Shown: positions 10,632 through 20,406, numbered from the stretch's first letter. The stretch: 32,709 nucleotides of DNA from Gammaproteobacteria bacterium (GCA_039915825.1 JBDSMM010000070.1:1-32709), one strand, 5' to 3'. Translations and numbers: made by a program. The notes: generated by a model from the sequence alone, not told the origin.

Positions 10632-11552
10632 CTATGTACTCTTGAATTTATATTTACTCTCCTCGGGTAGAGCCGAAAAATAAGCGGCGGTTATGATTAA
10701 CACACCGCCTAGCCACTCATTCACCTGGATTACCTCGTCGCTAAGCAGTTGCGACGACACGGCACCCGCTACTAATTCAAATAATAATATTACCGCTGAG
10801 CGGTGTACCGGCATGTGCGTTACTCCGTATTGCACAGCCACGGTCATAATCATGATGCCGAACCCGCCGAGGGCAATAGCGGCGGCAACTATAGGCGGAC
10901 GTAATTCCGGTAATGGCGACGCACTTAACACAATCCATAATCCCGCCAGCAGCAGCCCGCCCCACCACACCACTATTGTTTTAACCGCGATGGTAATATT
11001 CCACGCCTTACGCACCAATACATTGGATAACGCGAACATGAAACCGGAACTTATCGCAAGCCAGTCTGAGCTTTCCAAAGCAAATGTTTCGGAATTTAAT
11101 GACCTGCTGGGGAGTTGCCAAAGCATGATGAGTGCGCCGCACATTGCGAGGCCCATGGTTGCCCAGGCGCGCGGCGATAAACGCTCGCCCAACATAAACC
11201 GCCCCAGTAAAGCCGCCCACAAGGGGGCTAAATAAAACAGCAAGAGCACCCTCATCACATTGCCGTCAATAATGGCGAGGATAAATGCGACGTTGCACCA
11301 CCCCGCGCTCAGCCCCAGCGCCAACAATAGCCCTGGACGTTTGATAAGCGCACTGCGCTGGCGCCACAGCCAAGGTAAACTAATCACCACTGCGGCCATG
11401 TACATAATCAGTGAGGACCACAACCCCGGTATACCGTTCTGCTCAAGTAGACGCATGGGATACCAGAATATTCCCCACAGCGTAGCACCCAGCAATAAAC
11501 TCACCACCGGCAAAGCTGATGACGAAACCGTAGATGAATGATTGGATGGCAT
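10632..11552 (-). CDS. EamA/DMT-family (10-TM) transporter
   Basis: Hydrophobic ORF with two EamA-like halves, the second ending ...LLFELVAGAVSSQLLSDEVIQVNEWLGGVLIITAAY. The start is moved to the ATG at 11552 (MPSNHSS) so it no longer overlaps dapC. Confidence 0.8.
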   Translation of the reverse strand: MPSNHSSTVSSSALPVVSLLLGATLWGIFWYPMRLLEQNGIPGLWSSLIMYMAAVVISLPWLWRQRSALIKRPGLLLALGLSAGWCNVAFILAIIDGNVMRVLLLFYLAPLWAALLGRFMLGERLSPRAWATMGLAMCGALIMLWQLPSRSLNSETFALESSDWLAISSGFMFALSNVLVRKAWNITIAVKTIVVWWGGLLLAGLWIVLSASPLPELRPPIVAAAIALGGFGIMIMTVAVQYGVTHMPVHRSAVILLFELVAGAVSSQLLSDEVIQVNEWLGGVLIITAAYFSALPEESKYKFKST

Positions 11553-11612
11553 GACGTAACGCTCTATACTATGGCTCAGCTCCGTGCCCACGATAATAAA
11601 CGTTATTCCCGA

Positions 11613-12812
11613 ATGAATCCTGATTTATCTCCGCTCCAGCCCTACCCGTTTGAAAAGCTGGCGCAGCTCAAGGCAGGCGTCACTCCGCCACCCGATACGC
11701 GGCCAATCGTGATGTCGATAGGCGAGCCGAAACACGTTGCGCCGAGTTTTATCGGCGCGGAAATCTGCAACCATCTGCGCGGTCTATCGAGCTATCCGAC
11801 AACGCGCGGTGTGCCCGCCTTGCGCCAGGCCATCGCGGATTGGCTAACACGACGCTTCAAACTGAAACCCGCAAGCCTCGATATCGAGCGACATATCTTG
11901 CCGGTGAACGGCACGCGCGAGGCGCTGTTTGCGTTTGCTCAATGCGTGGTGGATCGTAGCCAAAATGCGCTGGTATTAATGCCCAATCCGTTTTATCAAA
12001 TCTATGAAGGGGCAGCATTATTGGCGGGAGCCCAACCCTGGTTTTTGAATACGACGAGCGCGACAGATTTTGTTCCGGACTTCGACGCGGTGCCGATCGC
12101 CGTGTGGCAACAGTGCCAGTTACTTTACTTATGCTCGCCCGGCAATCCCACCGGCGCCGTGATTGAAGCTGCGACGCTCGAAAAACTTATCGGCCTTGCC
12201 GATCGGCACGACTTCATTATCGCCTCCGACGAATGTTACTCGGAAATTTACCTTGACGAAGAGCAGCCGCCCACCGGTCTGCTCGAAGCCGCCGCACGCA
12301 TGGGCCACGACGATTATCGGCGCTGCGTGGTATTTCACAGCCTGTCGAAGCGCTCCAGCGTGCCGGGCCTACGCTCAGGCTTTGTCGCCGGCGATGCCGC
12401 GATCATCGACAAATTCCATCTCTATCGCACCTATCACGGCTGCGCCATGCCGCCGGCCAACCAGGCCGCCAGCATCAAGGCCTGGAGTGATGAGGGTCAC
12501 GTGCGTGAAAACCGTAAGCTTTACCGGGAAAAATTCGATGCCGTTATTGCCTGCTTGATCAATGTCACGCAGGTTGAGCGTCCAGCAGGTGCATTTTATC
12601 TCTGGTTAAAAACCCCGATTGATGACCAGCTCTTCGCGCGCGAGCTCTATGCGCGGCACAACATCACTGTGTTACCGGGTAGTTATTTATCCCGCACGGC
12701 ACACGGCATCAATCCCGGCAGCGGCCGCGTGCGTATAGCCCTCGTCGCGCCGCTCGAAGAGTGCCTGCAAGCAGCCGCACTCATTCGCCAACTTATCACT
12801 ACCCTTCAATAA
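11613..12812 (+). CDS. dapC: Succinyldiaminopimelate aminotransferase (class I PLP aminotransferase, DapC type)
   Basis: [20 protein letters not shown]-terminus, NPTG motif ([10 protein letters not shown]) and PLP-lysine context ([14 protein letters not shown]). It sits immediately upstream of dapD. The track ORF (11538) carries an unlikely 25-aa extension. Confidence 0.85.
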   Translation: MNPDLSPLQPYPFEKLAQLKAGVTPPPDTRPIVMSIGEPKHVAPSFIGAEICNHLRGLSSYPTTRGVPALRQAIADWLTRRFKLKPASLDIERHILPVNGTREALFAFAQCVVDRSQNALVLMPNPFYQIYEGAALLAGAQPWFLNTTSATDFVPDFDAVPIAVWQQCQLLYLCSPGNPTGAVIEAATLEKLIGLADRHDFIIASDECYSEIYLDEEQPPTGLLEAAARMGHDDYRRCVVFHSLSKRSSVPGLRSGFVAGDAAIIDKFHLYRTYHGCAMPPANQAASIKAWSDEGHVRENRKLYREKFDAVIACLINVTQVERPAGAFYLWLKTPIDDQLFARELYARHNITVLPGSYLSRTAHGINPGSGRVRIALVAPLEECLQAAALIRQLITTLQ

Positions 12813-12822
12813 TGGAAAAATT

Positions 12823-13644
12823 ATGAATCAACTACAGCAAACTATCGAACAAGCCTTCGAGCAACGCGCACAGATTACTCCGCAAAACGTCGAGGCGCAT
12901 GTCAAAGCCGCCATCACCGAGGCCATCAATTTGCTCGATAGCGGAACTCTGCGCGTAGCCGAGAAAAAAGACGGCACGTGGATCGTCCATCAGTGGTTGA
13001 AGAAAGCCGTCTTGCTATCCTTCCGCATTGAGGACAACCACTTGATCAGGGACGGCTACAGCAATTACTACGACAAGGTCGCACCGAAATACGCGGCCTA
13101 TAAAGAAGAAGATTTTCGCGCCAGCGGCGTGCGCGTCGTGCCCCCGGCTGCCGCGCGCAAAGGCTGTTATATCGCCCCTGGCGTAGTATTGATGCCGTCC
13201 TATGTCAATATTGGTGCCTACGTTGACAGCGGCACGATGGTAGACACCTGGTCAACGGTTGGTTCCTGTGCGCAGATCGGCAAGAACGTACATTTATCCG
13301 GCGGCGTGGGCATCGGCGGCGTGCTGGAGCCTGTGCAGGCCAACCCGACCATCATTGAAGACGACTGTTTCATCGGAGCGCGCTCGGAAGTCGTGGAAGG
13401 TGTGATCGTGGAACAAGGCTCGGTTATTTCCATGGGTGTGTACATCGGCCAAAGCACCAAAATTCTCAACCGCATGACCGGCGAGATTACCTATGGCCGC
13501 ATTCCGGCAGGCTCCGTCGTGGTGTCGGGCAGCTTGCCTTCCAAAGACGGCAGCTACAGTCTGTATTGCGCGATCATCGTCAAGCAGGTTGATGAAAAAA
13601 CACGCGGTAAAGTCGGCATCAATGAACTATTGCGCGACATTTAG
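12823..13644 (+). CDS. dapD: Tetrahydrodipicolinate N-succinyltransferase
   Basis: 273-aa ORF with hexapeptide-repeat region ([40 protein letters not shown]) and typical DapD termini. Confidence 0.95.
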   Translation: MNQLQQTIEQAFEQRAQITPQNVEAHVKAAITEAINLLDSGTLRVAEKKDGTWIVHQWLKKAVLLSFRIEDNHLIRDGYSNYYDKVAPKYAAYKEEDFRASGVRVVPPAAARKGCYIAPGVVLMPSYVNIGAYVDSGTMVDTWSTVGSCAQIGKNVHLSGGVGIGGVLEPVQANPTIIEDDCFIGARSEVVEGVIVEQGSVISMGVYIGQSTKILNRMTGEITYGRIPAGSVVVSGSLPSKDGSYSLYCAIIVKQVDEKTRGKVGINELLRDI

Positions 13645-13658
13645 GAGAATTCTCGATC

Positions 13659-14024
13659 ATGCACATGCTTTACGGCATCTCCAATTGCGACACCGTAAAG
13701 AGGACGCGTGCCTGGCTGGATAAACACGATGTCATTTATCGCTTCCACGATTTTCGCAAACAGGGTTTAGAACAAGGCACATTACAAACTTTCATTAATG
13801 CTGCCGGCTGGGAATTATTGCTAAACCGCAGAGGCATGACCTGGCGTAAACTATCGGACACCGACAAGTCCGATCTCAATGAGGGGAAGGCATTAGCCTT
13901 GATGCTTGCCCACCCAACCGTTATCAGGCGCCCGGTGCTCATGCTGGACAAGACATGCTTCAAAAAATTCCATGTCGGCTTTCAGGAAGCTGAATATCAA
14001 AACCTATTTTCAGCAAAGGAATAA
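13659..14024 (+). CDS. yffB: ArsC/Spx-family thioredoxin-fold protein (YffB-like)
   Basis: [34 protein letters not shown] and RRGMTWRKL closely resemble YffB. E. coli has the same position directly upstream of dapE. Confidence 0.85.
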   Translation: MHMLYGISNCDTVKRTRAWLDKHDVIYRFHDFRKQGLEQGTLQTFINAAGWELLLNRRGMTWRKLSDTDKSDLNEGKALALMLAHPTVIRRPVLMLDKTCFKKFHVGFQEAEYQNLFSAKE

Positions 14025-14025
14025 C

Positions 14026-15159
14026 ATGTCCGCCACACTCGACCTTGCCATTGATCTGATCTCACGGCCATCACTCACGCCGCACGATGCGGGCTGTCAA
14101 CAACTCATCGCGTCGCACCTGTCACCACTAGGTTTTACCATTGAGCACTTACGCTTCGGCGAGGTGGATAATTTATGGGCGCGGCGCGGCAAGCAAGGTC
14201 CACTGTTTGCATTTGCCGGCCATACCGATGTTGTACCGACCGGCCCGTTGGATCAATGGCACTCCGGCCCGTTCACACCGACCCTGCGCGACGGCTATCT
14301 TTACGGACGCGGCGCCGCCGACATGAAGGGTGGCATCGCGGCCATGATTACGGCCGTCGGACGCTTTATCAGCGAGCATCCAGACCATGCAGGCTCCATC
14401 GCCTTTCTTATCACGAGCGATGAGGAAGGCCCCAGCATTGACGGCACGGTAAGGGTCGTCGAACATCTGGAGGCGCGCGGCGAAAAAATAGATTGGTGCA
14501 TCATCGGCGAGCCGACTTGCGTAAAAACTGTAGGCGATACCATTAAGAATGGTCGTCGCGGCTCACTCACAGCCAAGCTCATCGTGCACGGCACACAAGG
14601 CCATGTTGCCTATCCGCACCTTGCCGCCAATCCTATTCATCTTTTTTCCGTAGCACTGGCCGAGCTGTGCGCGCAAACGTGGGATCAAGGCAACGAATTC
14701 TTCCCGCCGACCACATTCCAGATTTCCAATATGCACGCAGGCACCGGCGCGGACAACGTGATTCCGGGCGATCTTGAGATCGTGTTTAATTTCCGCTTCT
14801 CTACCGAGGTCACGCCGGAAACACTTAAAAATCGCGTTGGTAATATATTAGATAAATACAAACTGAAGTACGACCTGAGCTGGCGACTCTCCGGCCACCC
14901 GTTCCTAACCCCTGAAGGTAGATTAGTCGAAGCCACGCGCGCTGCGATCAAAAAAGTAATGGCCATCGACACAGAACTGTCGACCTCGGGCGGTACCTCG
15001 GACGGCCGCTTCATTGCACCCACTGGAGCCCAGGTTGTCGAATTAGGCGTGGTCAATGCCACTATCCATAAGCTGAATGAATGCGTAAAGGTAACTGAGC
15101 TGGATGCCCTTAGCTCAATATATCAAGGCACCCTAGAAAATTTATTACGACAGGATTAA
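14026..15159 (+). CDS. dapE: Succinyl-diaminopimelate desuccinylase (M20 peptidase)
   Basis: Start set at the ATG at 14026 ([25 protein letters not shown]), 1 nt after the yffB stop. It has [17 protein letters not shown] and SDEEG metal-site motifs. The track ORF from 13906 overlaps yffB and is an artefactual extension. Confidence 0.94.
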   Translation: MSATLDLAIDLISRPSLTPHDAGCQQLIASHLSPLGFTIEHLRFGEVDNLWARRGKQGPLFAFAGHTDVVPTGPLDQWHSGPFTPTLRDGYLYGRGAADMKGGIAAMITAVGRFISEHPDHAGSIAFLITSDEEGPSIDGTVRVVEHLEARGEKIDWCIIGEPTCVKTVGDTIKNGRRGSLTAKLIVHGTQGHVAYPHLAANPIHLFSVALAELCAQTWDQGNEFFPPTTFQISNMHAGTGADNVIPGDLEIVFNFRFSTEVTPETLKNRVGNILDKYKLKYDLSWRLSGHPFLTPEGRLVEATRAAIKKVMAIDTELSTSGGTSDGRFIAPTGAQVVELGVVNATIHKLNECVKVTELDALSSIYQGTLENLLRQD

Positions 15160-15217
15160 TCTGTCGATATATCTATATAAAACAGCCAATCGTAGCTCTC
15201 CATTAAAAGGTGTTCAC

Positions 15218-15592
15218 ATGAATTCAACTAGCCGTTTTCAAAAACTAGTCGCTGCCGCAAAATCCCGCATCAAGGAAATAACCGTACAGGATTTTGCAGC
15301 GCAATCCAGCGGCAAAAATCCGGTATTAATAGATGTGCGCGAAGAAAGCGATTGGAAAGAGGGCCACGCGCAGGGCGCCATTCACCTGAGCCGTGGGGTT
15401 ATCGAACTAAAGATTGAAGATGAAATTCCCGATATAAATGCCCCCATCGTGTGTTACTGCGGAGGCGGCAGCCGTTCCGCGCTCGTCGCAGATAGTTTGC
15501 AGAAGATGGGTTATACCAACGTGATGTCGTTGGCCGGCGGATATAAAGCCTGGAAGGATTCCGGCAGCCCGGTGTCCTACAAGCCGGAATAG
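15218..15592 (+). CDS. Single-domain rhodanese (sulfurtransferase)
   Basis: 124-aa ORF with a rhodanese fold signature and active-site loop CYCGGGSRS. Confidence 0.85.
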   Translation: MNSTSRFQKLVAAAKSRIKEITVQDFAAQSSGKNPVLIDVREESDWKEGHAQGAIHLSRGVIELKIEDEIPDINAPIVCYCGGGSRSALVADSLQKMGYTNVMSLAGGYKAWKDSGSPVSYKPE

Positions 15593-15599
15593 TTGCGCA

Positions 15600-16196
15600 T
15601 CAGATTTCCCGTCTTTCTGAAAAGGCATGCGACAAGGTGCCGCCATCGACATATTCCAGTTCGCCACCAAATGGCACTCCGTGGGCGATCCGCGTGACCT
15701 TCGCGCCCCGCGCATGCAACAGTTCGCTGATGTAATGTGCGGTGGCCTCCCCCTCTACAGTTGGGTTGGTGGCGAGGATAACTTCCTGAGGTTTATCGTC
15801 ATTGATGCGTTGCAGGAGCAGGTTAATCCCGATGTCATCCGGACCGATACCATCCAGCGGCGAGAGATGGCCCATGAGTACGAAATACAACCCCTTGAAG
15901 CCGGTGGCACGTTCGACGGCGAGCACATCGGCAGGCGTTTCGACAATGCACAACAGTGAGCGGTCGCGCGCATCGCTGGCGCATAAACGACATATCTCGG
16001 TCTCACTCAAGGTGCGGCACGAACTACAATGTTGGATGCTGTCCACTGCGGAGTTTAAGGCATTGGCGAGCTGGCGCGCGCCATCGCGGTTGCGCTCTAA
16101 TAAATAGAAGGCCATACGTTGCGCCGACTTAGGACCAACGCCGGGAAGGCAGCGTAGCGCGTCGATCAATTGACCGATAAGAGAGTTATATGCCAT
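15600..16196 (-). CDS. recR: Recombination protein RecR
   Basis: 198-aa ORF with a helix-hairpin-helix N-terminus ([17 protein letters not shown]), a C4 zinc finger (CSSC...CRLC) and a Toprim region. Confidence 0.96.
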   Translation of the reverse strand: MAYNSLIGQLIDALRCLPGVGPKSAQRMAFYLLERNRDGARQLANALNSAVDSIQHCSSCRTLSETEICRLCASDARDRSLLCIVETPADVLAVERATGFKGLYFVLMGHLSPLDGIGPDDIGINLLLQRINDDKPQEVILATNPTVEGEATAHYISELLHARGAKVTRIAHGVPFGGELEYVDGGTLSHAFSERREI

Positions 16197-16203
16197 CAGC
16201 GAA

Positions 16204-16527
16204 TTAAAATGGCATCTTGAAACCGGCAGGCAGACCTATGCCTCCGGTCATGCCGGCGTATTTTTCCTTAGAGGTTTTTTCCACCTGTCGCACAGCATCG
16301 TTTACCGCAGCGGCGAGCAGGTCTTCCAGCATTTCCTTATCGTCTTGCATCAAGCTGGGATCAATGCTTACCCGCCGCACATCATGGTTGCCGCTCATTA
16401 CCACGCTTACCACGCCGCCGCCTGACTGCCCCGTGACCTCGATATTCGCCAATTCCTCGGTCGCCTTCTGCAGATTGGCCTGCATCTGCTGGGCCTGCTT
16501 CATGATATTGCCAAGACCACCTTTCAT
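16204..16527 (-). CDS. ybaB: Nucleoid-associated protein YbaB/EbfC
   Basis: [16 protein letters not shown]... is the canonical YbaB N-terminus. The ATG at 16527 is preceded by agagga. Located between dnaX and recR. Confidence 0.93.
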   Translation of the reverse strand: MKGGLGNIMKQAQQMQANLQKATEELANIEVTGQSGGGVVSVVMSGNHDVRRVSIDPSLMQDDKEMLEDLLAAAVNDAVRQVEKTSKEKYAGMTGGIGLPAGFKMPF

Positions 16528-16654
16528 GTACATTTCCTCTTTCGCCAAGAAAAAACAACTAGAACAACCGCCGCTTAAAATTGTTATTCATCCATTAGAG
16601 GATATTTCTACCAGAAATTCCCACAAGTGCAGGAGACAGCCAGATTGTTTGAAC

Positions 16655-18283
16655 TCAGTCAGCCGGCTGGATCGAGTCGGGATTGATACTGGCGTTAAAG
16701 GTCTCACGCAAATTTTTAATATTGGCATCGTCCATAATGGCCTCGATAGCCGCCTGCTGGCGCTCGTCCTGTTGGCGTATCCTGGTGGATGCAGGTGTCT
16801 CCTGCGCAGGTTTATCTATATTAATAACCAGCTTGACCGGAGCCGCGTAATATTGCTGCAAGGCCTGTTCGATACGCTCTTCCACTTTTTTGCTGCGCAA
16901 ATGCGCATGCGCGCTATCCAGCACGAGCTGCACGCTCGCGCCGGAACGGTGCTTAAATTCACAGTTCACCGCCAACTCGCGTGCAATGGCGGTGAGCTTC
17001 AGTGCGTTGACTATCGAAGCCCAATCCTGGGCAGGACTTTCATTAGACTCGGATAAAGAAACGGGAACTTCGGAAGCCCTCAGTGAAACATTGTCCGACA
17101 TCGCCAGGGTAACAGATGATTTCGAACTGACCTTCGGCGCCGGTGTAAGCGCCGACGCAGCAGCTTTTACATACGGTACAGACACTGCCGTTTTATCATC
17201 AGCGGGCCGGAATGCGAGCATGCGCAGCAAGACCATTTCAAAACCGCTGCGCGCATCGGGTATCAACGGTAAATCGCGTCGCCCGATCACACCGATTTGA
17301 TAAAACAACTGCACGTCCTCGGCCGGTATTTGTTTCGCTAAATTCAGGATGGGCTCAGCATCACCGAGACTATCATCCACCGCTGTCGGCAACACCTGGG
17401 CATAGGCAATTCTGTGCAGGGTGGAAATAAGTTCTGCAAGCACACCGCTAAAATCAACGGCCTGTTCGGCCAGTGAGTGTATACACTCAAGGACAGCATG
17501 GGCATCGTTCCGCGCCAGTGCCTGCAATAAACTAATGACGTGCTCTTGCGCAATGCTGCCGAGCATTGCCCGTACTTCGGCGTCATTGAGTTTGCCACCG
17601 CCATAAGCAATGGCCTGATCAAGCAGGCTCAATGCATCACGCATACTGCCATCGGCGGCGCGTGCAATTGCAGCGCGTGCGGCAGGCTCACTTTCGGTAG
17701 CCTCGTGCATAAGAATATGCTCAAGATGTTTGTTGATAAATTCCCAAGGCAAGCGTTTCAGATTAAATTGCAGGCAGCGCGAGAGCACCGTCACCGGAAT
17801 CTTTTGCGGATCAGTCGTCGCCAAAATAAATTTCACGTGTGGCGGCGGCTCCTCAAGTGTTTTCAACATCGAGTTAAATGCGGGCTTGGAGAGCATGTGC
17901 ACTTCGTCGATGAGATAGACTTTATAGCGACCGCACGTCGGCGCATATTGAGCGTTATCCAGTACCTCGCGCATATTGTCGATGCCGGTGTGCGAGGCGG
18001 CATCAAGCTCTAAAAGATCGACAAACCGCCCCTCGTCAATTTCCCGACACGCGCTGCACTGGCCACAGGGTGTGGAGCTCATTGCTACTTCACAATTCAG
18101 GGATTTCGCCAGAATGCGGGCAATCGTCGTCTTGCCCACGCCACGCGTGCCGGTGAATAAAAACGCATGGTGCACGCGGTCATTATCGAGCGCGTTTATC
18201 AGTGCGCGCAGCACATGTTCCTGCCCGACCATCTCGCTAAATGTGCGAGGACGCCACTTGCGCGCGAGGACTTGGTAGCTCAT
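16655..18283 (-). CDS. dnaX: DNA polymerase III subunit tau/gamma (542 aa)
   Basis: MSYQVLARKWRPRTFSEMVGQEHV, Walker A GTRGVGKTT, zinc module CGQCSACREI and DEVHML box. Part of the ffs-dnaX-ybaB-recR synteny. Confidence 0.96.
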   Translation of the reverse strand: MSYQVLARKWRPRTFSEMVGQEHVLRALINALDNDRVHHAFLFTGTRGVGKTTIARILAKSLNCEVAMSSTPCGQCSACREIDEGRFVDLLELDAASHTGIDNMREVLDNAQYAPTCGRYKVYLIDEVHMLSKPAFNSMLKTLEEPPPHVKFILATTDPQKIPVTVLSRCLQFNLKRLPWEFINKHLEHILMHEATESEPAARAAIARAADGSMRDALSLLDQAIAYGGGKLNDAEVRAMLGSIAQEHVISLLQALARNDAHAVLECIHSLAEQAVDFSGVLAELISTLHRIAYAQVLPTAVDDSLGDAEPILNLAKQIPAEDVQLFYQIGVIGRRDLPLIPDARSGFEMVLLRMLAFRPADDKTAVSVPYVKAAASALTPAPKVSSKSSVTLAMSDNVSLRASEVPVSLSESNESPAQDWASIVNALKLTAIARELAVNCEFKHRSGASVQLVLDSAHAHLRSKKVEERIEQALQQYYAAPVKLVINIDKPAQETPASTRIRQQDERQQAAIEAIMDDANIKNLRETFNASINPDSIQPAD

Positions 18284-18420
18284 AGAAGGGCTGGCAGCGA
18301 CATACCGCTAAAATAGCAGAACGTGGTTGAAAAAGGGAGCATACGATATCGGCCGTGGCACTAACAACGCACCCTTAAAAACGTGATTTTGATTGATAAG
18401 TTTTTGATGCTAAATGAAAA

Positions 18421-18535
18421 GGTGGCGACCCGTACCAGCCACACCCCGGCACCCGATTGAATTGCTGCCGCTGCTCCCTTCCGGGCCTGACGGGGTTCAC
18501 AACCGCTCGTTGCGAGGGGACCGGCACAGGCCACC
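18421..18535 (-). ncRNA. ffs: Signal recognition particle RNA (4.5S type)
   Basis: The minus strand reads GGTGGCCTGTGCCGGTCCCCTCGCAACG...GTCAGGCCCGGAAGGGAGCAGCGGCAG...GGGTCGCCACC. It contains the domain IV core GUCAGGxCCGGAAGGxAGCAGC with a GGAA tetraloop, as in E. coli 4.5S. The 5' and 3' ends are complementary. It sits upstream of dnaX, as in many bacteria. Ends are approximate. Confidence 0.88.
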
Positions 18536-18559
18536 ATTGCTTGCTTTCAAATGAAGACA

Positions 18560-18681
18560 TGGTGGCAGATCCACTCGGCACATCCATGTACCTTATCCTG
18601 TGGACAGCGCTTGCGCGCTGTCCAAATCGGCTATCCTGCCGATCTGTCAAACCTGCCTTTCGATATCACAGGTTCTAATCC
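18560..18681. repeat. Structured repeat copy A (110-nt core at 18572-18681), preceded by a degenerate tRNA-3'-end-like stub tggtggcagatc
   Basis: The core aligns without gaps to 18750-18859 with 95/110 identities (my manual count). It contains two stem-loops: ggacagcgc-ttgc-gcgctgtcc and caaatcggc-tatcct-gccgatctg. Confidence 0.75.
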
Positions 18682-18688
18682 ATCCAGG

Positions 18689-18731
18689 ATCTTTATCCAA
18701 GGGGGCTGTTGAAGCCCCCTTGGATAAAGAT
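18689..18731. terminator. Perfect 19-bp palindromic hairpin H1 (loop gttga) between repeat copies A and B
   Basis: atctttatccaagggggct-gttga-agcccccttggataaagat. The GC-rich core has no clean U-tract on either strand, so terminator function is uncertain. Confidence 0.35.
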
Positions 18732-18861
18732 GGCGGAGAGGGCGGGATTCACTCGGTACCTCCATGTACCTCGCCCTACGGGCAGCGCTTACGCGCTGTG
18801 CAAATCGGCTATCCTGCCGATTTGTCAAACCTGCCTTTTGATATCGCGGGTTCAAATCCCG
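18725..18861. repeat. Structured repeat copy B (110-nt core at 18750-18859), a mosaic containing tRNA-Ser fragments
   Basis: 18725-18750 (taaagatggcggagagggcgggattc) is identical to 18911-18936, the complement of the tRNA-Ser 3' end plus flank. The following cactcggtacctcc resembles the complement of the tRNA 5' end (cactcggacacctctcc). 18842-18861 (tatcgcgggttcaaatcccg) is a 19/20 inverted copy of the tRNA T-arm. Confidence 0.8.
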
Positions 18862-18873
18862 AAACATTCGTTG

Positions 18874-18918
18874 CATCTTTAATAATAGGCGGTGCAAGAC
18901 CGCCTATTATTAAAGATG
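18874..18918 (-). terminator. Perfect 19-bp hairpin H2 immediately 3' of tRNA-Ser; likely intrinsic, possibly bidirectional terminator
   Basis: catctttaataataggcgg-tgcaaga-ccgcctattattaaagatg. A GC core GGCGG/CCGCC is flanked by A/U-rich arms. It starts at the CCA end of the tRNA on the minus strand. Confidence 0.55.
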
Positions 18919-19006
18919 GCGGAGAGGGCGGGATTCGAACCCGCGATACGGATTAACGTATACACACTTTCCAGGCGTGCTCCTTAAACCACTCGGACAC
19001 CTCTCC
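18917..19006 (-). tRNA. tRNA-Ser, anticodon GGA, class II with long variable arm, CCA encoded
   Basis: The minus strand reads GGAGAGGTGTCCGAGTGGTTTAAGGAGCACGCCTGGAAAGTGTGTATACGTTAATCCGTATCGCGGGTTCGAATCCCGCCCTCTCCGCCA. I folded it by hand. Acceptor is GGAGAGG/CCTCTCC. Anticodon stem is CACGC/GTGTG with loop CTGGAAA. Variable stem is ATACG/CGTAT. T-arm is GCGGG-TTCGAAT-CCCGC. Confidence 0.93.
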
Positions 19007-19372
19007 AGATACCGCATCGAAAAAGCCACACTGGGTGGCGTGTTCGGAACGCGCAAGAGTAAACCAGAAATGGGTCAGGTGCAATCAGCCGCGCTATCAT
19101 ACTGAGTCAGAAACAGCTTTCTGAAACGCAGACTGAACCAGTATCCTTACACGGGAGTGATAAAAAAATAATAGCATAGACATTGTCAGGTAAAGCACAG
19201 ACAAGGCTTCATTACGCCACCACAGATTTGCTATACTTAAGCACAACCGTAACACCCCGCCGTTTGACTAATCGGAGTTATTACCAGCTTCACATGGTAC
19301 TGGGATCCTTATACTAAAAGGATCTCAGGGTATTTCCTGTCTATTAAAGATGTTACAAAAAGGCCAAACCAC

Positions 19373-20383
19373 ATGCACAATGCTACTACCATCACACAAT
19401 TTCTGATTGAAGAACAACGTAACGTCAACGCGCGCGCCAGCGGTCACTTTACCTCGCTGCTCAATGATATTGTTACGGCGTGTAAAGTTATTTCCAATGC
19501 CGTAAACAAGGGCGCGCTGATCGACGTACTGGGCAGCGCGGGCAGCGAGAATGTCCAGGGCGAAACGCAAAAGAAGCTGGACATTATTACCAACGAGGTC
19601 TTCATCAAGTCTAATGAATGGGCGGGCCATCTGGCGGCCATGGGCTCGGAGGAGATGGACGATATCTATCCCATCCCGGCACAGTACCCCAAAGGTAATT
19701 ATTTACTGGTATTCGATCCGCTCGATGGCTCATCCAATATCGACGTGAACATTTCGGTGGGCACTATCTTTTCCATTTTACGTTGTCCGCAAGGCGTTAC
19801 CGATGCCACTGCGGAACATTTCCTACAACCCGGCACCAAGCAGGTCTGCGCTGGTTATGCGGTGTATGGCCCCTCCACCATGCTGGTGCTGACCAGTGGC
19901 CAAGGTGTGAACGGCTTCACGCTGGACCAGAACATTGGCGAATTCATTCTTACTCATCCCCAGATGAAAGTGCCTGAAGATTGCCACGAGTTCGCCATCA
20001 ATTCCTCGAATTCACGTTTCTGGGAAGAACCCATCACGCGTTACGTTGACGAATGTCTGGCGGGCGTCGAAGGGCCACGCAAGAAAAACTTCAACATGCG
20101 CTGGGTCGCGTCGATGGTTGCCGAGGTACACCGCATCCTCATCCGCGGTGGCGTATTCATGTACCCCAAGGACACCAAAGACCCCGGCAAGGCCGGCAAA
20201 TTACGCCTGATGTACGAGGCCAATCCTATGTCCTTCATCATAGAGCAGGCCGGCGGAGTCAGCTCTACAGGCCGCGACCGTATTTTGGATATTCAGCCTG
20301 ACAACCTGCATCAGCGCGTCCCGGTCATTCTGGGCTCTAAAAACGAGGTCAATCGGATTATTGCCTACCATCATATTGGCTGA
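19373..20383 (+). CDS. fbp: Class 1 fructose-1,6-bisphosphatase
   Basis: 336-aa ORF with [12 protein letters not shown]-terminus, [13 protein letters not shown] metal-site motif and [21 protein letters not shown]. Confidence 0.95.
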   Translation: MHNATTITQFLIEEQRNVNARASGHFTSLLNDIVTACKVISNAVNKGALIDVLGSAGSENVQGETQKKLDIITNEVFIKSNEWAGHLAAMGSEEMDDIYPIPAQYPKGNYLLVFDPLDGSSNIDVNISVGTIFSILRCPQGVTDATAEHFLQPGTKQVCAGYAVYGPSTMLVLTSGQGVNGFTLDQNIGEFILTHPQMKVPEDCHEFAINSSNSRFWEEPITRYVDECLAGVEGPRKKNFNMRWVASMVAEVHRILIRGGVFMYPKDTKDPGKAGKLRLMYEANPMSFIIEQAGGVSSTGRDRILDIQPDNLHQRVPVILGSKNEVNRIIAYHHIG

Positions 20384-20406
20384 CCGCCCACGCATAAATC
20401 CTGGCG

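Noticed and set aside
10693-11235. 180-aa plus-strand ORF inside the EamA transporter gene
   Set aside because: It is the antisense shadow of a clearly membrane-protein-coding frame. The translated sequence has no domain features.
16880-16895. A-run in dnaX (AGC AAA AAA GTG on the coding strand) as a programmed -1 frameshift site producing gamma
   Set aside because: The heptamer lacks the leading A of the E. coli A AAA AAG site. It lies at about codon 470 of 542, and the -1 frame runs ~20 codons before a stop rather than terminating promptly. I saw no obvious downstream stem-loop or upstream SD-like stimulator.
16217-17056. 279-aa plus-strand ORF spanning ybaB, the spacer and the 3' end of dnaX
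   Set aside because: It lies antisense to three well-supported features and crosses an intergenic spacer. Its composition is low-complexity Ser/Arg/Cys/Leu-rich with no recognisable motifs. This is typical of a shadow ORF in GC-rich DNA.
18560-18861. Repeat copies A and B as genuine tRNA, tRNA-Sec or tmRNA genes (both end in ...CCA on the minus strand)
   Set aside because: I could not fold a cloverleaf on either strand. The T-stem 5' strand is missing next to the duplicated 3' end. The acceptor halves do not pair properly, and there is no G3:U70 or tag-reading-frame feature of tmRNA. They look like fragments, not intact tRNA-like genes.
18725-18936. The 26-bp direct repeats as borders of a genomic island or prophage
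   Set aside because: Only ~160 bp lie between the repeats, and no integrase or cargo is present. At most this is a remnant or miniature element (reported as a finding, not as an island).
18375-18956. Four track ORFs (61-118 aa) covering the ffs / repeat / tRNA-Ser region
   Set aside because: They overlap an SRP RNA, a tRNA and palindromic hairpins. Their translations partly mirror each other because of the repeats. I treat the region as non-coding.
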